Notes: generated by a model from the sequence alone, not told the origin. A DNA stretch of 64,000 bases from Lama glama (GCA_028534125.1 CM052816.1:1178001-1242000); one strand, 5' to 3'. Numbered from the stretch's first letter, positions 1 through 13,503 are shown. Program-made: numbers and translations.

Positions 1-79
1 TTGTGGGAGGGACACAAACATTCAGACCACAGCAACGGGCTTGCTCTGGGGTAGAGCTCAGAGGGGCCGGAGAGGGGAG

Positions 80-579
80 NNNNNNNNNNNNNNNNNNNNN
101 NNNNNNNNNNNNNNNNNNNNNNNNNNNNNNNNNNNNNNNNNNNNNNNNNNNNNNNNNNNNNNNNNNNNNNNNNNNNNNNNNNNNNNNNNNNNNNNNNNNN
201 NNNNNNNNNNNNNNNNNNNNNNNNNNNNNNNNNNNNNNNNNNNNNNNNNNNNNNNNNNNNNNNNNNNNNNNNNNNNNNNNNNNNNNNNNNNNNNNNNNNN
301 NNNNNNNNNNNNNNNNNNNNNNNNNNNNNNNNNNNNNNNNNNNNNNNNNNNNNNNNNNNNNNNNNNNNNNNNNNNNNNNNNNNNNNNNNNNNNNNNNNNN
401 NNNNNNNNNNNNNNNNNNNNNNNNNNNNNNNNNNNNNNNNNNNNNNNNNNNNNNNNNNNNNNNNNNNNNNNNNNNNNNNNNNNNNNNNNNNNNNNNNNNN
501 NNNNNNNNNNNNNNNNNNNNNNNNNNNNNNNNNNNNNNNNNNNNNNNNNNNNNNNNNNNNNNNNNNNNNNNNNNNNNNN
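80..579. other. Assembly gap (500 N)
   Basis: Run of exactly 500 N. Flanked by a MaLR-LTR-like end (1-34) on the left and L1 sequence on the right. Confidence 0.99.
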
Positions 580-1085
580 TTAGGTTGCTTCCATATCTTG
601 GAAATGTGAATAATGCTGCTATGAACATTGGGGTGCATGTGTCTTTTCAAATTAATGTTTCTGTTTTTTTTCGGGGATATACCCAGGAGTAGTCATATGG
701 TAGTTCTATTTTTAGCTTTTTGAGAATCTCCATACTGTTTTCCACAGTGGCTGCACCGATTTACATTCCCACCAGCAGTTCAGGAGGGTTCCCTTTTCTC
801 CACATCTTCGCCAACATTTGTGATTTGTGTTCTTTTTGATGACAGCCCTTCTGACAGGTGTGAGTGATATCTCATTGTGATTTTGATTTGCATTTCTCTG
901 ATGCTTAGTGATGTTGAGCATCTTTTTTAATGTGCCTGTTGGAAAAATACCTATTCAGTACGTCTGTCCATTTTTTAATCTGGTTTTTTTTGATGTTGAG
1001 TTGTATGAGCTGTTTATATATGTGGAATATTAACCCCTTATTGGTTATACCATTTGCAAATATTTTCTCCCATTCAGTAGGTTTT
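580..1085 (-). mobile_element. LINE-1 fragment (ORF2 C-terminus/3' region)
   Basis: Typical antisense L1 text (gctgctatgaacattggggtgcat...tttccacagtggctgcaccgatttacattcccaccagcag). ORF 712..921(-) contains the L1 ORF2 Cys-rich motif [20 protein letters not shown]. Confidence 0.9.
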
Positions 1086-2584
1086 TAAAATTTTATTCTT
1101 AAGTTTTTTATTATAATGGTCTCCCTGTCCCCTATCCCTTTCAATAAATTTTTTTTCATGCCATTGGGTTTTGAAGAAACCAGGTCGTTTGTCCTGAAGA
1201 ATGCCCCTGTTCTTGATTTGACCTGTTAACTTCCTCATGGTGTCCTTAACTTGTGTTTACTGTTAACAGTTTGGTTTATATACTTCCCTACTCTGTGGGA
1301 CTAGAATACGTGGTAAGCTAATTGTTCTCTAGCTGTCAGCTCAAACATCACCTTCCCTGACTCAGGCTGGACCCCTGTTGTGTCCTCAGACCACCCTCCA
1401 TTATTCCTTCAGCACTCAGCACAATTTGTAATTTTACACATATTAATGGGTTTATTCCACTTGGATCTGGCTCCCTCCCTAGACGGCGGGTCCTGGAGAG
1501 CAGGCTGGGCTGTGTCTCCCCAGTTCTGATCAGAGCAGCTGCTGCAGAAGAGCTCCCCACCCCCACCCTGCCCGGTCCCTGTGTGCTCATCACGGACCCC
1601 TTATCTAGGGTCTGTGCCTCACAGCCCACGCATTGCTTCCCAGACTTCACTGTCCGTGGGGCAGTAGCCGGGCTGCCATTAACTCCATCTGCTGGTAGAG
1701 AATGGCACCTGGGAGAGCTGGCACCTCCAAACTTCACGATCTGTCTGGAGGCTGACTTTTGGCAAGTAAAGGAGTTGCAGCCAGCCCTCAAGGCAGTGAT
1801 GTGCAATGTGAACTTCCCCTCAGCGCGCGGCATCCGGGGCAGCCACGCAGCAGGCGGAGAAGGCAGGGGCCAGTGGTACAGGGCTGTTGGCTCTGAGTGG
1901 AACTCTCACATTGGTCTCTTTTGTGTTAACTGTATGTTTTGAAATCATTCCAGACTTTGAGAGGAGTTGCCAGCACCAGTACACAACTGTGAATATGTTA
2001 ACACATTTGCCCTTATCGTCCCCTTTTTCTATCTTCATACATTTATTTTTTCTCCTGGACCAAGATGCAGACACAATACCCCATCATCCCTTAATATTTC
2101 AGGGTTTATTCTGCATGGTTACCTTTAAGATGGGCCATGAAGCGGTTTCTGGGGGAGTTTTTGTCCAACCACTAGTGACGTCTTCCCAAGTGTCAGGATC
2201 CACCCTGGAAGCCTGATTTGGGTGAAGGGGATTCAGCACTTGGGTCAGGAGGGGGGAAGCCAGGTGGCAACAGGTAGCCCGACTGTGAGCCTGGGAAGGC
2301 AGAATCCTAGCTCATTTCCTTGGCTGTCTCTGTGGCTTGTTGGCAGATGACTTCTTGATCAGGCAGTCACTTACTGAACCCCGTGTATTACCTGCAGACC
2401 CTGGGAGGCTCTGCCAGAAGATACCATGGCCCCAAGGGAGGGGCTGTCTTTAGCACAGCTGAGGACCCTCATCTGAACCCACATACGGCCATTCCATTTG
2501 TTAATGGTTGTGAAAGTTAGCAGTGATACTCCCCAGTGGTGGATGGTTATTGTGTGCTTGACTTACGTTCCTCCCCTGTTACCT

Positions 2585-2772
2585 GAGTCCTCAGGCAACC
2601 TCCTCTAGTAGGTACTAAATTACCCTCATTTTATCCCCATTTTACAGATGAGACATGCTAACATTTAGAGAGTTAAATAACGTCCCCAGGGTCGTACAGC
2701 AGGTAGACGGCAGAGCCAAGATTTGAACCCAGGCAACCTGGCTCCAAAGCGCGTAGCCTTAACCACTGTACC
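2585..2772 (-). mobile_element. MIR SINE
   Basis: MIR core: tatccccattttacagatgag...gttaaataacgtccccagggtc...gatttgaacccaggca. Confidence 0.75.
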
Positions 2773-3288
2773 AACGGTGACACCTCATTGCCTAGAAAAG
2801 TTTGAACAGCTTCCAAAAGGAGGTGAGATGTGCAGGAATTCATCTAACAGGGCCCAGGGCAGCGTGTGGTGGTCACACATCCGTGACCTGCCAGGGGTGG
2901 TCTGGTGAGTCGGGGAGGAGAGGGAGGTGGACCAGGAGCACTGGTTCTGGGAGGCAGGTGTCCGTGGATGTTTGCAGTTACCCTGAGACGCACGGACAGC
3001 TGTGAGGAGGGAGAGCTGCATCACTGGAAAATCGCCTTGGCCTTGGAGACCTGGGTGTTGGCAGCGATCCAAAGAGATGGCATCCGAACCAGGGCAGGAA
3101 GTGGGAAGACTTGAGAGTTTTAGGAAATTAGGGTCAAAAAGACCGATTAACCAACAGGATTAAAGATTTCATGCTTCTCAGTCGTTGGAACAAAGTAATT
3201 TTTCCATCACCGAGGGGTTGGCCTTTTCCACAGTGAACCTTGTTCTTATAAAGCTCCTTATAGCAAGTGCCAGTTTCTGCATGATCTT

Positions 3289-3434
3289 TTTTTTTCTTTT
3301 TTTTCTTTTTTTTTTTTTAGTACGAGAGGTAATTAGGTTTATTTATTTATTTATTTTTAGGGGAGGTATTGGGGATTGAACCAAGGACCTTGTGCAGCTA
3401 AGCGTGCACTCTACCACTGAGCCATACCCTCCCC
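3289..3434 (-). mobile_element. tRNA-derived camelid SINE (vic-1-like)
   Basis: Reverse complement of ggggagggtatggctcagtggtagagtgcacgcttagctgcacaaggtccttggttcaatcccca...(taaa)n-cctaattacc. Contains Pol III A/B boxes. Near-identical flanks gtttctg(ca/tg)tgatcttt form a TSD. Confidence 0.9.
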
Positions 3435-3704
3435 GCTGTTTCTGTGTGATCTTTAAAGACTCCCACTGCCCTCTGAATTAAGGGAGTAGCTGTTTATTGG
3501 GCACAATATGCCGGACATTGTTGAATGTTTGATGCATGTTATCTCGTTTGATTATTAAAATTTCTTTGACATCCTGACAAGGCGCAGAAGTATCCGAACA
3601 TTGGCACACATTGCGTTCAATATGTATTTTTTTTTAGCAGCTGACCACATGCCACTCACTGCTGGCCACTGGGGATATAAAGGATGAACCACACACTCAG
3701 GCTA

Positions 3705-3775
3705 GGGGTATAGGTCAGTGGTGGAGTGCCTGCTTAGCATGCACAAGGTCCTGGGTTCAATCCTCAACACCTCCA
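3705..3775 (+). mobile_element. tRNA-derived camelid SINE (vic-1-like), short copy
   Basis: ggggtataggtcagtggtggagtgcctgcttagcatgcacaaggtcctgggttcaatcc. Confidence 0.85.
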
Positions 3776-3936
3776 TTTTTTTTTAAATTGTCTTTTAATT
3801 TTTAAGCCCCCAAAATCTCTACCTTTGTGGAGCTTATAGTTGAGCATCAGGCTCAAATAAGTGCTTATAAAGCTCAGACAGGTGCCCAGCTCTGTCCCAG
3901 GAAATCCGATTCAGTAAGTCAGGAAATGGGGAGACT

Positions 3937-4390
3937 GTAGATTCCTAGGGCTACCTCAAACAGGGTGACTTAAAACAACAGAAATGTATATCCCTCTCAG
4001 TTCTGGACACCACAAGTTTGAAATCCAGGAGTCTGCGGGGCCGTGCTCCCTCCAGAGGCTCTCAGGGAGGATCCTTCCTCGCTTCTTCCAGCGTCGGGTG
4101 GTTCCCGGCAGTCCTTGGTGTTCCTGGCTTGTAGCTGCGCCGCTCTGTTCTCTGCCCCCGTCTTCACCCGGCCTCCTCCCTGTGTTTGTCTTTGCCTAGT
4201 CTTCCCTCTGTATGTCTGTCTTGGTTTTCTCTCCCTGTAAGGATGCCAGTCATTGGACCAGGGCCCACCCTAATCCAAACTGACTTCGTTTTAACTTGAT
4301 TGCATCTGTAAAGACTATTTCCAAATAAGGTCACATTCTGAGGCTCTGGGTAGACCTGCATTTGGGAGAGACACTATCCAACTCAGTACA
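3937..4390 (-). mobile_element. MaLR LTR (MLT1-like) interrupting an older hAT/MER5-like fossil
   Basis: ttaaaacaacagaaat...ctcagttctgga...tttccaaataaggtcacattctgagg...cagtaca is characteristic MLT1 text. Confidence 0.8.
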
Positions 4391-7300
4391 AGGGGGAGAC
4401 CTCCGTGTTTCAGTAGGTCCCCAGGAGATTCCAGGGTCTGTGGTCCACTGACCGCAGTCACAGAAACCCTGGCCTGTAGGTCAGCAGGGGAGTGGAGTCC
4501 CAGTGGAGTGACAGGGAGTTAGTGGTGGTGGTGACCTTACTCACCCATTTCAGGCTGCAAGGTAGAAACAGGGTACCCAGGAGAATCCATCAGAAGGAAC
4601 CTGGAAGTTAGGGAGGGGAGCTGGAAGTGTGGAGTGAAGAGCTTCTGAGGTCACAGCTCAGGACTGGCGACCCCAGGGGAACGGAGGGTTGCACCTGTTG
4701 CAAAGAACCTGCATAGAAGGGGGCACATCATGACCCCTCCTCCTAGGTGATGGAGGCTATGAGAGAAGGGTGAGATGTGGTCGTGTGGGGGGACATTTTA
4801 TAAAAAGGCACTGGGTGTTGTCGTGGGGATATTGGCAGGGCTCCGTGGGAGGGGTGGGAGGGGGACCACCGAGGGGGCGGGCAGACATGCCTCTGGCCAC
4901 GGTGGGATGCCCAGCAGCTGGAGCAAGGCCTTGCGCAGAGTGTACCCTGTGGCTCTGTCTCCTGGGAACGAGGAGGTGTGTCCGGAGCTGGGCCTCTAGC
5001 CATTTGCGGAGTTCAGGGGGCCTGTGAGAGATGGGGTGGCTCAGGGCGACCTCGCTCTGTGCTGCAAGGAAGCTATAGGCCAGACATGCGCAGGAGGGGA
5101 TGTCACCGGCAGTGGTGGCTTCATGTACTGCAAGCCACCCTCTTGAGAATGTTGAAATAATGTTCCCGCAGAGAAGTGGATTCTTTACAGAAAATGCCTC
5201 TTTGGGCTCTATGAAGCAATCGGGCCGAGAGGGGAAGGAAGGTGAGTGATACCCCGGCTTTGCAGGGCCTGCCAGGTCAGTGGTGTGTCCTCCTGAGGCC
5301 CCTGAAGAACCACCAACCCCCTCTCACGCCAACACCTTTCTTTTTCCCTTGCAATTTACAAGTCTCTGCTTCCTGTTGGTCACCTTGGTTACCCAGGGTG
5401 TTTCTTCACGTCTTGCTGCTCTGTTCTCAGGCAGACTCGACCGCTGGAGCTGTTTCCCAAGCAGCTGGCCCAGTGCCTGGAGGCCCAGCCTCCCTGGGGA
5501 GGCAGCAGTTGGCAGCAGGGAGGATGAGCATGGTGGAGACCTGGAGTGGGTTTTTTTCAGCAACTCGTGGGAGAGAGCAGCCCAGCCCTGCTGGGTTGTC
5601 ACATTTGAAGCAGTGTCACAGCCCAGGTCCGGCCAGCTCCTCTGACGTCCAAGCCAGGATGTGCCACTGACCTGCAGTGCAGCCTTGGCCGTTGCACTTC
5701 CGTGCCCCCATCTCCTGGGTACCGGTGTTAGAGACAGTGCCGCTGCTTCAAGAGGGTGCGTGTGGGGATGGAGAGCCTGAATTGGGTTAAAGTGTCGGGG
5801 GCGTCTGTGTGCGGAGAAACGAGATTGGAAGGGCACAGCGTGACACTTGTACGTACTCACAGCTGTCACCTGGTGTGGGATTGTTGGCAATTTTACTTTT
5901 CTTTGTACTCATTGTATTTTCTAAAATTTCTGCAGTAAGATATTTTATAGTCAGTTAATTGTAACGTTATTTTGGAAGGAAAACACAAACAAACCTAAAC
6001 TATCCCATGGGGGCCCCAACACATAGTATTAAGAGCGCGGAGTCAGAAAGACAAGATTCAGGTGTGTCCTTTATTAGCTGTGTGGCCTTCAGCAGGTTAC
6101 TCAGCCTCTCTGAGCCATCCTTGTCTGGAATACTGGGATGCTGATGTAATACTGGGCCTGCTGGAGGGTGAGAGGACAGAATCTATGGAGCGCAGTATCT
6201 AGCAAATGAGATATAAGCTTTCATGTTATATATGTGTGTTATGCATACATTTATATAATGGAAGGTCGTATAAAACTGTTTGTCATAACAAGCAGTTCCA
6301 AATACTCCTGGAGAACAGAAGTGAGGTACAGAACTCAGGGAGCTGAGTTCCAAAGGAAAGAGAAAGCTCTGTCCTTGTCGTAGGGTAGCATGTGCCCCAG
6401 TCTGTCCAGTAGCAACAGAGTGTTACCGAGGAGGAAACTGGTCTGTGTTGACGGAGGATTGGAAGCTGCCAAAATGATAAATGTATATATAATATAAGAG
6501 ATGGGGCAGTAGGGGAATTTAATCTTGGGCCCAGGGCCTGACCCCCCACGGCAGGGCACCCAGCCCTCTGCTGCCTGGGGCTCCCGTGAGCTGGCGTTTG
6601 TGGCCTCTCGTGCCCCTCCTAGGCTCCTAATAACCACGGCCTTGTGGAAATGCTTACTGGGGCATTCTGCAGGTGGAGGCTGTGGTTTTTAATCTCAGCA
6701 AGCTCTTCAATTAACTTCAGTTTAGAAGCATCAGATTATCAGGCACTGAGCCGAGGATTTTCACCAGAATCTTGTCTTGCAAATGCGCTGGGGTTTAATC
6801 CTCCCCAGCGCGCAAGTGCCCAGCTGCCAGCACCCGGAGTAAAGCACCATTTGGCAGAACGCGCTCGCTGGGATGCTGTTACTCTGCACCCCAGAAGGGG
6901 CAGGGGGTAGATAAATAAATTCAACCTAGAGTTTTCTCAAAACTACGTTTTTTTTCCCAAACTGATGTTTGGGGCCTCTGATGGGCTGATAATACATGAT
7001 GGGTTCCTTTTAGGGAGAAACCATGTAGTATGCAGGGTTTCCCAAACCAACGGCTCACAGAACCCTTTTCTTCAGGGACTGGGGTGTCACCGAACTCACA
7101 CTGGGAAACGTTAGCTTTGAAATGACCAAGTATAGAGGGCATAATTTATAATTCTTACAGCTCCCAGTCCTCTGTTAACACGGCCCTGCTTCCTTTTTGG
7201 GAACCCTCTGCTGCTGTTGGGGAAACTGAGGCACATGCCACCCGAAGGCAAGGACAGAGCTTCCTCTTTTCCCTGTAATTCAGCACCCCCAGTTTCTTGT

Positions 7301-8537
7301 ACTCCCTCACCAGGCTTTGTGAGCAGTTGGAATTGTTTATTATAATGAATAGTTTTATTCAACCTAAGATCAGGAGGAACTCATTTTTCCCTACCTTTCA
7401 TTTCACGTATCGGCCATTCCCCAGATTTGGAGATCTGGGTGGGTATTGAGTATGTCCTTGGTGTCAGGCACTGGGGTCACAGAGCAGAAGAAGGCGCCCC
7501 AGTTCCTGCCTGCCTGTGAGATTTACAGTCGACGAGTGAAGAAGGACGGTGAATGGCTGGGTGGACGGATGGGTGGAGACTCCTAGATCCTCGGGGGCTC
7601 TCTGACACAGGCATGATCAGGGAGCACTCTTCTCAGAAGTGACTTTTAAGCTACGATTGGAAGGAAGAGTGGGTTACTAGTGAGGCAGTTAGAAGGTTAC
7701 ACAGCACAGGACACCAAGGGGTCAAATGAAGACTTCCCGTCCTCCCTGCTGCCAGGGGTGACTGGCGGAGCTTTCACAGTGCACGTGACCTTCAAAGAAA
7801 GCCTCAAAATGCCGGCAGAGCCTGTGTGTGGGCAGCACACGCTGAATTTTATCCCCCGTCCGCCCTGCAACGGTGACAGGCTGGGGTCCCCACCCGGCGG
7901 TCCTGGCTGTGGGCTCAGGGTCTGCCGAGCTGCACTTGGGGCTGGCCTTGCCCTGCTCCGGGCACGTCTGAGCCCAGCACAGGCGTGGAGTGTTTGCACC
8001 TCTGCCCAGGGGAGAGCCTGGAATCCTCTGAAGCCTGTCCAGGCGGCCCTGTGGCTCTGCGTGTCGCTTGCCTTGGGGCTTCCTGTGGGTTTTGACTGAC
8101 TTGCCCTTGGCCTTTCCAGAGCCTGTCCCTCTCAGGTAATCCTCTTTCTGCCTCAGAAGCCTCAGGCAGAGCTCTTGCGGGTGGAGGCGGTGGTTTTTAA
8201 TCTCAGCAGGGAGAGTATTTCTAAAGGGCTCAAGCTTCCCTTGACACCCACCGCCTTTCTTTGCCCCGGAATGGCACGTCTGGTCTCCCCGGGGTTTCCC
8301 ACTCGGGGACTGTCCCCCAACCTCATGGGTTACCCCAGTTAAGGGTGCAGGCCCCGCTAAGGGAGACCTGGGGGAGCAGGGCAGAGAAGGCCACAGGTGG
8401 AGGGAGGACCCCTCCGTTGGTGTGTGCTTGGCTCCCACCTGTGTTTATCCCATGGAATACTCCATTCATTCACTCGTATATTCATTCACTCACGGGACAG
8501 AATTTCATTCGCCCTAACTGTGTGCCAGGTACCGGCA

Positions 8538-8650
8538 CGGCCAAGACCTGGAGGGAAGCGGCCAAGACCTGGAGGGAAGCGGCTCCTCCCTCCCTCCCTC
8601 TCTCCTCCCTCCCTCCTCCCTCCCTCCCTCTCTCCTCCCTCCCTCCCTGC
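8538..8650. repeat. 21-bp tandem duplicate followed by a (CCCT)n-type polypyrimidine tract
   Basis: cggccaagacctggagggaag x2, then about 65 bp of pure C/T. Confidence 0.9.
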
Positions 8651-10594
8651 CTCTGGGAGAGCACATTGTAGGTGGGGCGACCGATGATCACTCAAGTCAG
8701 CAGTACCAGCTGACTGGGAGGATGCTGCGGCAGAAGAGGGGTCAGGGAAGGTCTCTGATGAGACCGGGAGGAAGAGATGCAGCCCAAATGTGCAGAACAG
8801 GGGTCTGGTTACATCACGGCACAGCCTTATAGTGGAACCTCGAGACAGCCACTGAAGACAGTTTCCAGTGCCCTCTGAAGGGGAGGGGGGCGCGCTTGTA
8901 GCTGGGGGTCCCGCTTTGTGAAAGTTGGTGCAGAGAAGCATCTGAGGAATCCACGTGAAACTTAACGATACTTCTCTCTGCACTAGGGGCTGTAAGTGAT
9001 ATTTGTTCGTCTTTTCTACTTCTGAAAATTTGCCAGTGAACACAGAATTTATAATTAGTAAAAAGGAAAAAGGAGCACTTCTGCTGGGTCGTGCCTGGGT
9101 GGGGTCTTCGCATCTTGTGAGGATGAAGTGGGACGTGGAGCACGCCTCTGGCCGGAGGGATGTGGTTATTAAAGGGCTAGTTTTATCAAAGCGGTGATTG
9201 ACGTAGGGTTGCCGGGGAATTCTCAGGGCCTTATGAATACAGTGGGTGTCTAGACCCTCTCCATTTTTCTCAAACTGGAAACACAGTAATTGAAATAATA
9301 AAGTGGTTGTACACAGAATGCTTTTAAAAATCTGGGTGATGTTGACAAGCATAAAAGTAAAAATCACGTGAGATTCCCAGCCCTCTGAGACAACCACTGG
9401 GTCACATTTCGGTGTCTGTCTAATAGTTTTCTTCCAGTCCATTGTTATTATTTTTAAAAATACAATAAACTCCTGAGATAAAAGCAGATTTTTTTTAAGG
9501 TGGATTCCCCCCACCCCCACCCCAAACTCCATCAGGGCCACCTGTCCCCGTGCCCCCACCTGCTCATGTCTGGATGTACCTGAGGCGCACGCGCCCTCCC
9601 ATCTGGCTCAGGTGATGAAGGACCAGCAGCTGGGGAGGGAGAGTTTCAGGAAGCCTCTGTCCTTCCCTCCACCCCTCCTCCCCTCTTCATCTGTGCCCTT
9701 CGTCCCTGCAGCCTTTGTGCCGGTACCGGCATCAGTGCTGCCCCTGGCCCCTGCAGTGAGCAAGGCCACCCTGCCTGGCCAGTTCCTGCCCCTTTCCGCC
9801 CCCGCCGGCTGCTGAGTGCCTGCCAAATGCCTGCCTAATCCAGGAGAGCTCCCCCGGCCGGCCGGCCGCCCCTCGCAGGCTGCTCTTTTGTTACTAGAAT
9901 CCAGGCTGCTCAGCGGAGGGGCTGGCTTCATGCACCCGGCTGCCGTGGCCTCTCAGCTGATTTGGGTCAAGAGTGCTTGGGGAAGAATGCGATCCTTAGA
10001 GCAAAGCCCTTGGAGTGAATGCCTTCCCCCCTAATTGAGTTAGGGGAGTAGTCAGCTGGACTCTCAACTAAACAGGGTGGGCACACCAGTGTCCTGTGTT
10101 GCTGTCCATTTGCCAAAGAATCGCCCCGCTCTGAGGTGCAGGGGAGAAGCGAAGGCTTGGAGCTACTAATTTCACTCCGCCCTGGGGCTCTGCAGAGCAT
10201 GTGGGGCCAGCAGGCCCCCGAGCCCCAGCTACAAGCCCTCGGGTGGAAGGTCTCATCCCACCCTACAAAGCAGGTATCCTTCAGGGCCCGATGGAGGCAC
10301 GTAAGCTTAACTTATCCGAGGTTTGATTGCCCAGTTTGAGGGAAAGGCCACTAACACTTGCTTGAGTGCTGCTGAGTGCCAGATACTTTACATGATGGCG
10401 TTGCCAGCCCCATATTTCAGATGAGGACACTGGGGTTCAGAATTCACATGCCCAAGGTTAGGAAGGTTAGTAAAGGGTGGAGGTGAGACTCTACCCCAGA
10501 ACTGCCCGACTTTGTAATCTGTGCCAAGCTGCTCCCCTGTATGTGGCGGGGGTGGGAGGGGGTGTTCTTGGAACAGGGAGGGACATCCCTGTGT

Positions 10595-11115
10595 TCATTC
10601 TTATTTTTCTTGAATAGATTTTATATTTTTCAGAGCAGTTGTAGGTTCACAGCGGTATTGAGCAGAAGGTGCACAGAGTTCCCATGTATCCCCGGCCCCT
10701 TCCACGTGCACAGCCGCCTCCATTTTCAACAGCCCCCACCAGACTGGTCCACTTGTTGCAACCAGTGGACCTACATGGACACCTCATAGGGACACCAAAG
10801 TCTGTAGCTTCCACTGGGGTTCACTCTCCCGTGCTGTACATTCTGCGGGTTTGGATAAATGTAGAATGACGTGTATCCTCATTATGGTATCTTATTCATT
10901 AGTTTCACTGCCCTAAAAATCCTCCGTGCTCCCCTCGTGCATCCCTCCCTCCCCCCTCAACCCCTGGCGACTGCTGGTCTTTTTTCACTCTCTCCACAGT
11001 TTTTCCTTTTCCAGGTGCCACGCGGTGGGAGGCGTACAGTCTGTAGCCACTTCACATTGGCTCCTTTCGCTCAGTAACGTGCATGTACGTTTCCTCCGTG
11101 CCTTTCGGTGGCTCT
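10595..11115 (-). mobile_element. Old LINE-1 3' UTR fragment (L1MA-like)
   Basis: tttcagagcagttgtaggttcacagc...agtttcactgccctaaaaatcctccgtgctc...ttggctcctttcgctcagtaac. Confidence 0.75.
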
Positions 11116-12560
11116 TCATTCCTTCTCAGTCATGCAGGTATTTTCTGAGCACCTGCCTCGGCCAGGCACTTACTGGGCACCCGGCAAATGGTATGGGCAG
11201 GATGGATGTGGCTCTTGCTCTCGAGCTGGAGTTTAGCAGGAAGAGACACATAAATAACTGTCCATACTGAACAGCGTGCTGAGAGAGAGAACAAGGGGTT
11301 CCTGATCTGGAAGGATGAGGGTCAGAGACAGCCTCTCTTAGGAAGTGACGTTTATAGCAGTGTCTGAGGGACGAGCAGGAATGGGGACGGGAGCATGGCA
11401 GGAAGCTGTCGTCCCAGCTTTCAGAGGCCTGTCTACGCTTGAAACCATCCTGTGCAGGAAGCCCTACTGCTAGCTCCTTCCTGAGCTCTTGTTACCCATC
11501 CCAAAGGTCCGTGACTGTTTCTTTTATGCACCGATGGCTTCCTGTGAAAATCTGCACGAGCCAGTAGGCCCTTTTCACAGTAGAGTGTTCAGAGGAAAGA
11601 CCTGCAATATTTGAGCTTCTCTTGACACAAGGGAAAATCCCCAGAGGGAGGGAGTGAAGCTTGGCCGACTGAGCTGGGAGGGAAGTTGCATATCTGACTT
11701 CTGGTGTTTGGGGCCTTTGAACTGCCTTGGTGAGGGCAGCGCGGCCCTGGCCAAAGGTCATTGGCTAATTTCCGGCAGCTGCTGCCTATGGAACACCAAG
11801 GCTCTGTGATTGTGGTTGCTTCTTGTCAACAGCCTTACAGCCCTCGGCTTAAAGGAAATACCCAAGTAGCTTGCAGGCTTGTGGGGGCTGTTGTTGGGAG
11901 TCAGGGGCTGCATACCCACTTTGGCTGCTGCTGCCAGCTGTCGGAAGCCTGGCTGAGAGATCTTCACCCGTGGCTGTTCTGGTTCTGCCCGTGGCATTGC
12001 CCTGCTCTAAAACCTTCAGTGGCTCCCCATTACCCTCAGGGCAGGCGGGATATCTTAGCAGGATGTACAGGCTGCGACTCTGCCCACCTTTGTAGCCTGC
12101 TTTGTCCAAGCACACCCTGTCTGTCTGGATGTTCCCAAGGCCCCAGCTTCCCCAGACGGGACCCCATTGTGGCCTTTAACCTGCTGGCTTCCTTTCCTTC
12201 CTGCGTCTTCAACAGGTTAATTCCTAGACATCCTTCCAGAACTGAGCTAGGTACATCTCTTCTCCTTGAAGTCCCCACTGCCCTGGTACTTTACACGGAT
12301 GGCCACACCTTCCTCTGGGCCCAGGGCATTCAGTTCTCACCACAGCAGCCCTGCCTTTCTTCTCCCCCTCCCTTCCTTCACTATTTAGTTTCCGGGCACC
12401 TGACCATGTCCTAGTCACACTAGGGTGCTGGCAGAACAAGCCTGAGCAAGAGCATACCCAGACCCAGACCCCTACCCTCAAGGAGCTTGAAGTCCCATGG
12501 TGGGGATGAATAATAAAGAAGAAGCCAGGTGTTTTCCTTGAAGACGTCAAGATTTTCTCC

Positions 12561-13331
12561 ATGATTCAAAACGTCCACAAATGATAACTGCTAGAGAGGG
12601 TGTGGAGAAAAGGGAACCCTCCTAAACTGTTGGTGGGAATGTAAATTGGTTCAGCCACTGTGGAGAACAGTATGAAGTTCCTTAAAAACTAAAAACAGAC
12701 TTACCCTATGACCCAGGAATCCCGCTCCTGGGTATATATCCAGCAGGAACCCTACTTCAAAAAGACACCTGCACCTCAGTGTTCATAGCAGCACTATTTA
12801 CAATAGCCAAGACGTGGAAACAGCCTAAATATCCATCGACAGATGACTGGATAATGAAGTTGTGGTATATTTATACAATGGAATACTACTCAGCCATAAA
12901 AAAGAATCAGATATTTCCATCTGCAGCAACATGAAAGGACCTAGAGATTATCATGCTAAATGAAGTAAGTCAGACAGAGAAAGACATGTTATATGATATC
13001 ACTTATATGTGGAATCTAAAAAACAATTTACAAATGTGTTTATTCACAAAACCAAAACAGACTCACAGACATGAAAACAAACTTTTGGTTACCAAAGAGG
13101 AAAGGAGGGGTAGATAAATTGAGAGTAGGGACAGATACGCACTACTATATAAAATAAGTAAACAACAAGGATTTACCATACAGCACAAGGAACTATATTC
13201 AATATCTTATAATAACTTGTAATGGAAAAGAATCTGAAAAAAATACATATCTGAATCACTTTGCTGTACCCATGAAACTAACACAATATTGTAAATCAAC
13301 TTTATTTCAATAAAAAATAAACTATTAAAAA
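12561..13331 (+). mobile_element. Young 5'-truncated LINE-1 3' end with A-rich tail
   Basis: ggtgtggagaaaagggaaccctcc...gcagcactatttacaatagccaag...tgtaaatcaactttatttcaataaaaaa. TSD aagattttctc at 12549-12559 and 13332-13342. Confidence 0.92.
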
Positions 13332-13345
13332 AAGATTTTCTCTGG

Positions 13346-13429
13346 GTGGGGGAGGGTGTACCTCATGATAGAGTGTGTGCTTAGCACCCACGAGGTCCTG
13401 GGTTCAATCCCCACTACCTCCATTAAGAA

Positions 13430-13481
<52 letters not shown>

Positions 13482-13503
13482 CCTAATTACCTCCCCCCCC
13501 CAA
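13346..13503 (+). mobile_element. tRNA-derived camelid SINE with expanded (TAAA)n
   Basis: ggggagggtgtacctc...gaggtcctgggttcaatcccc...(aata)n-cctaattacctccccc. Confidence 0.9.

Noticed and set aside
3..692. Long ORFs of 229 aa and 180 aa
   Set aside because: Artefacts of translating through the 500-N gap.
8486..9559. 357-aa minus-strand ORF
   Set aside because: No recognisable domain, non-ATG start, runs through a simple repeat and degraded repeat sequence, and is antisense within a CCNJL intron. Most likely a chance ORF.
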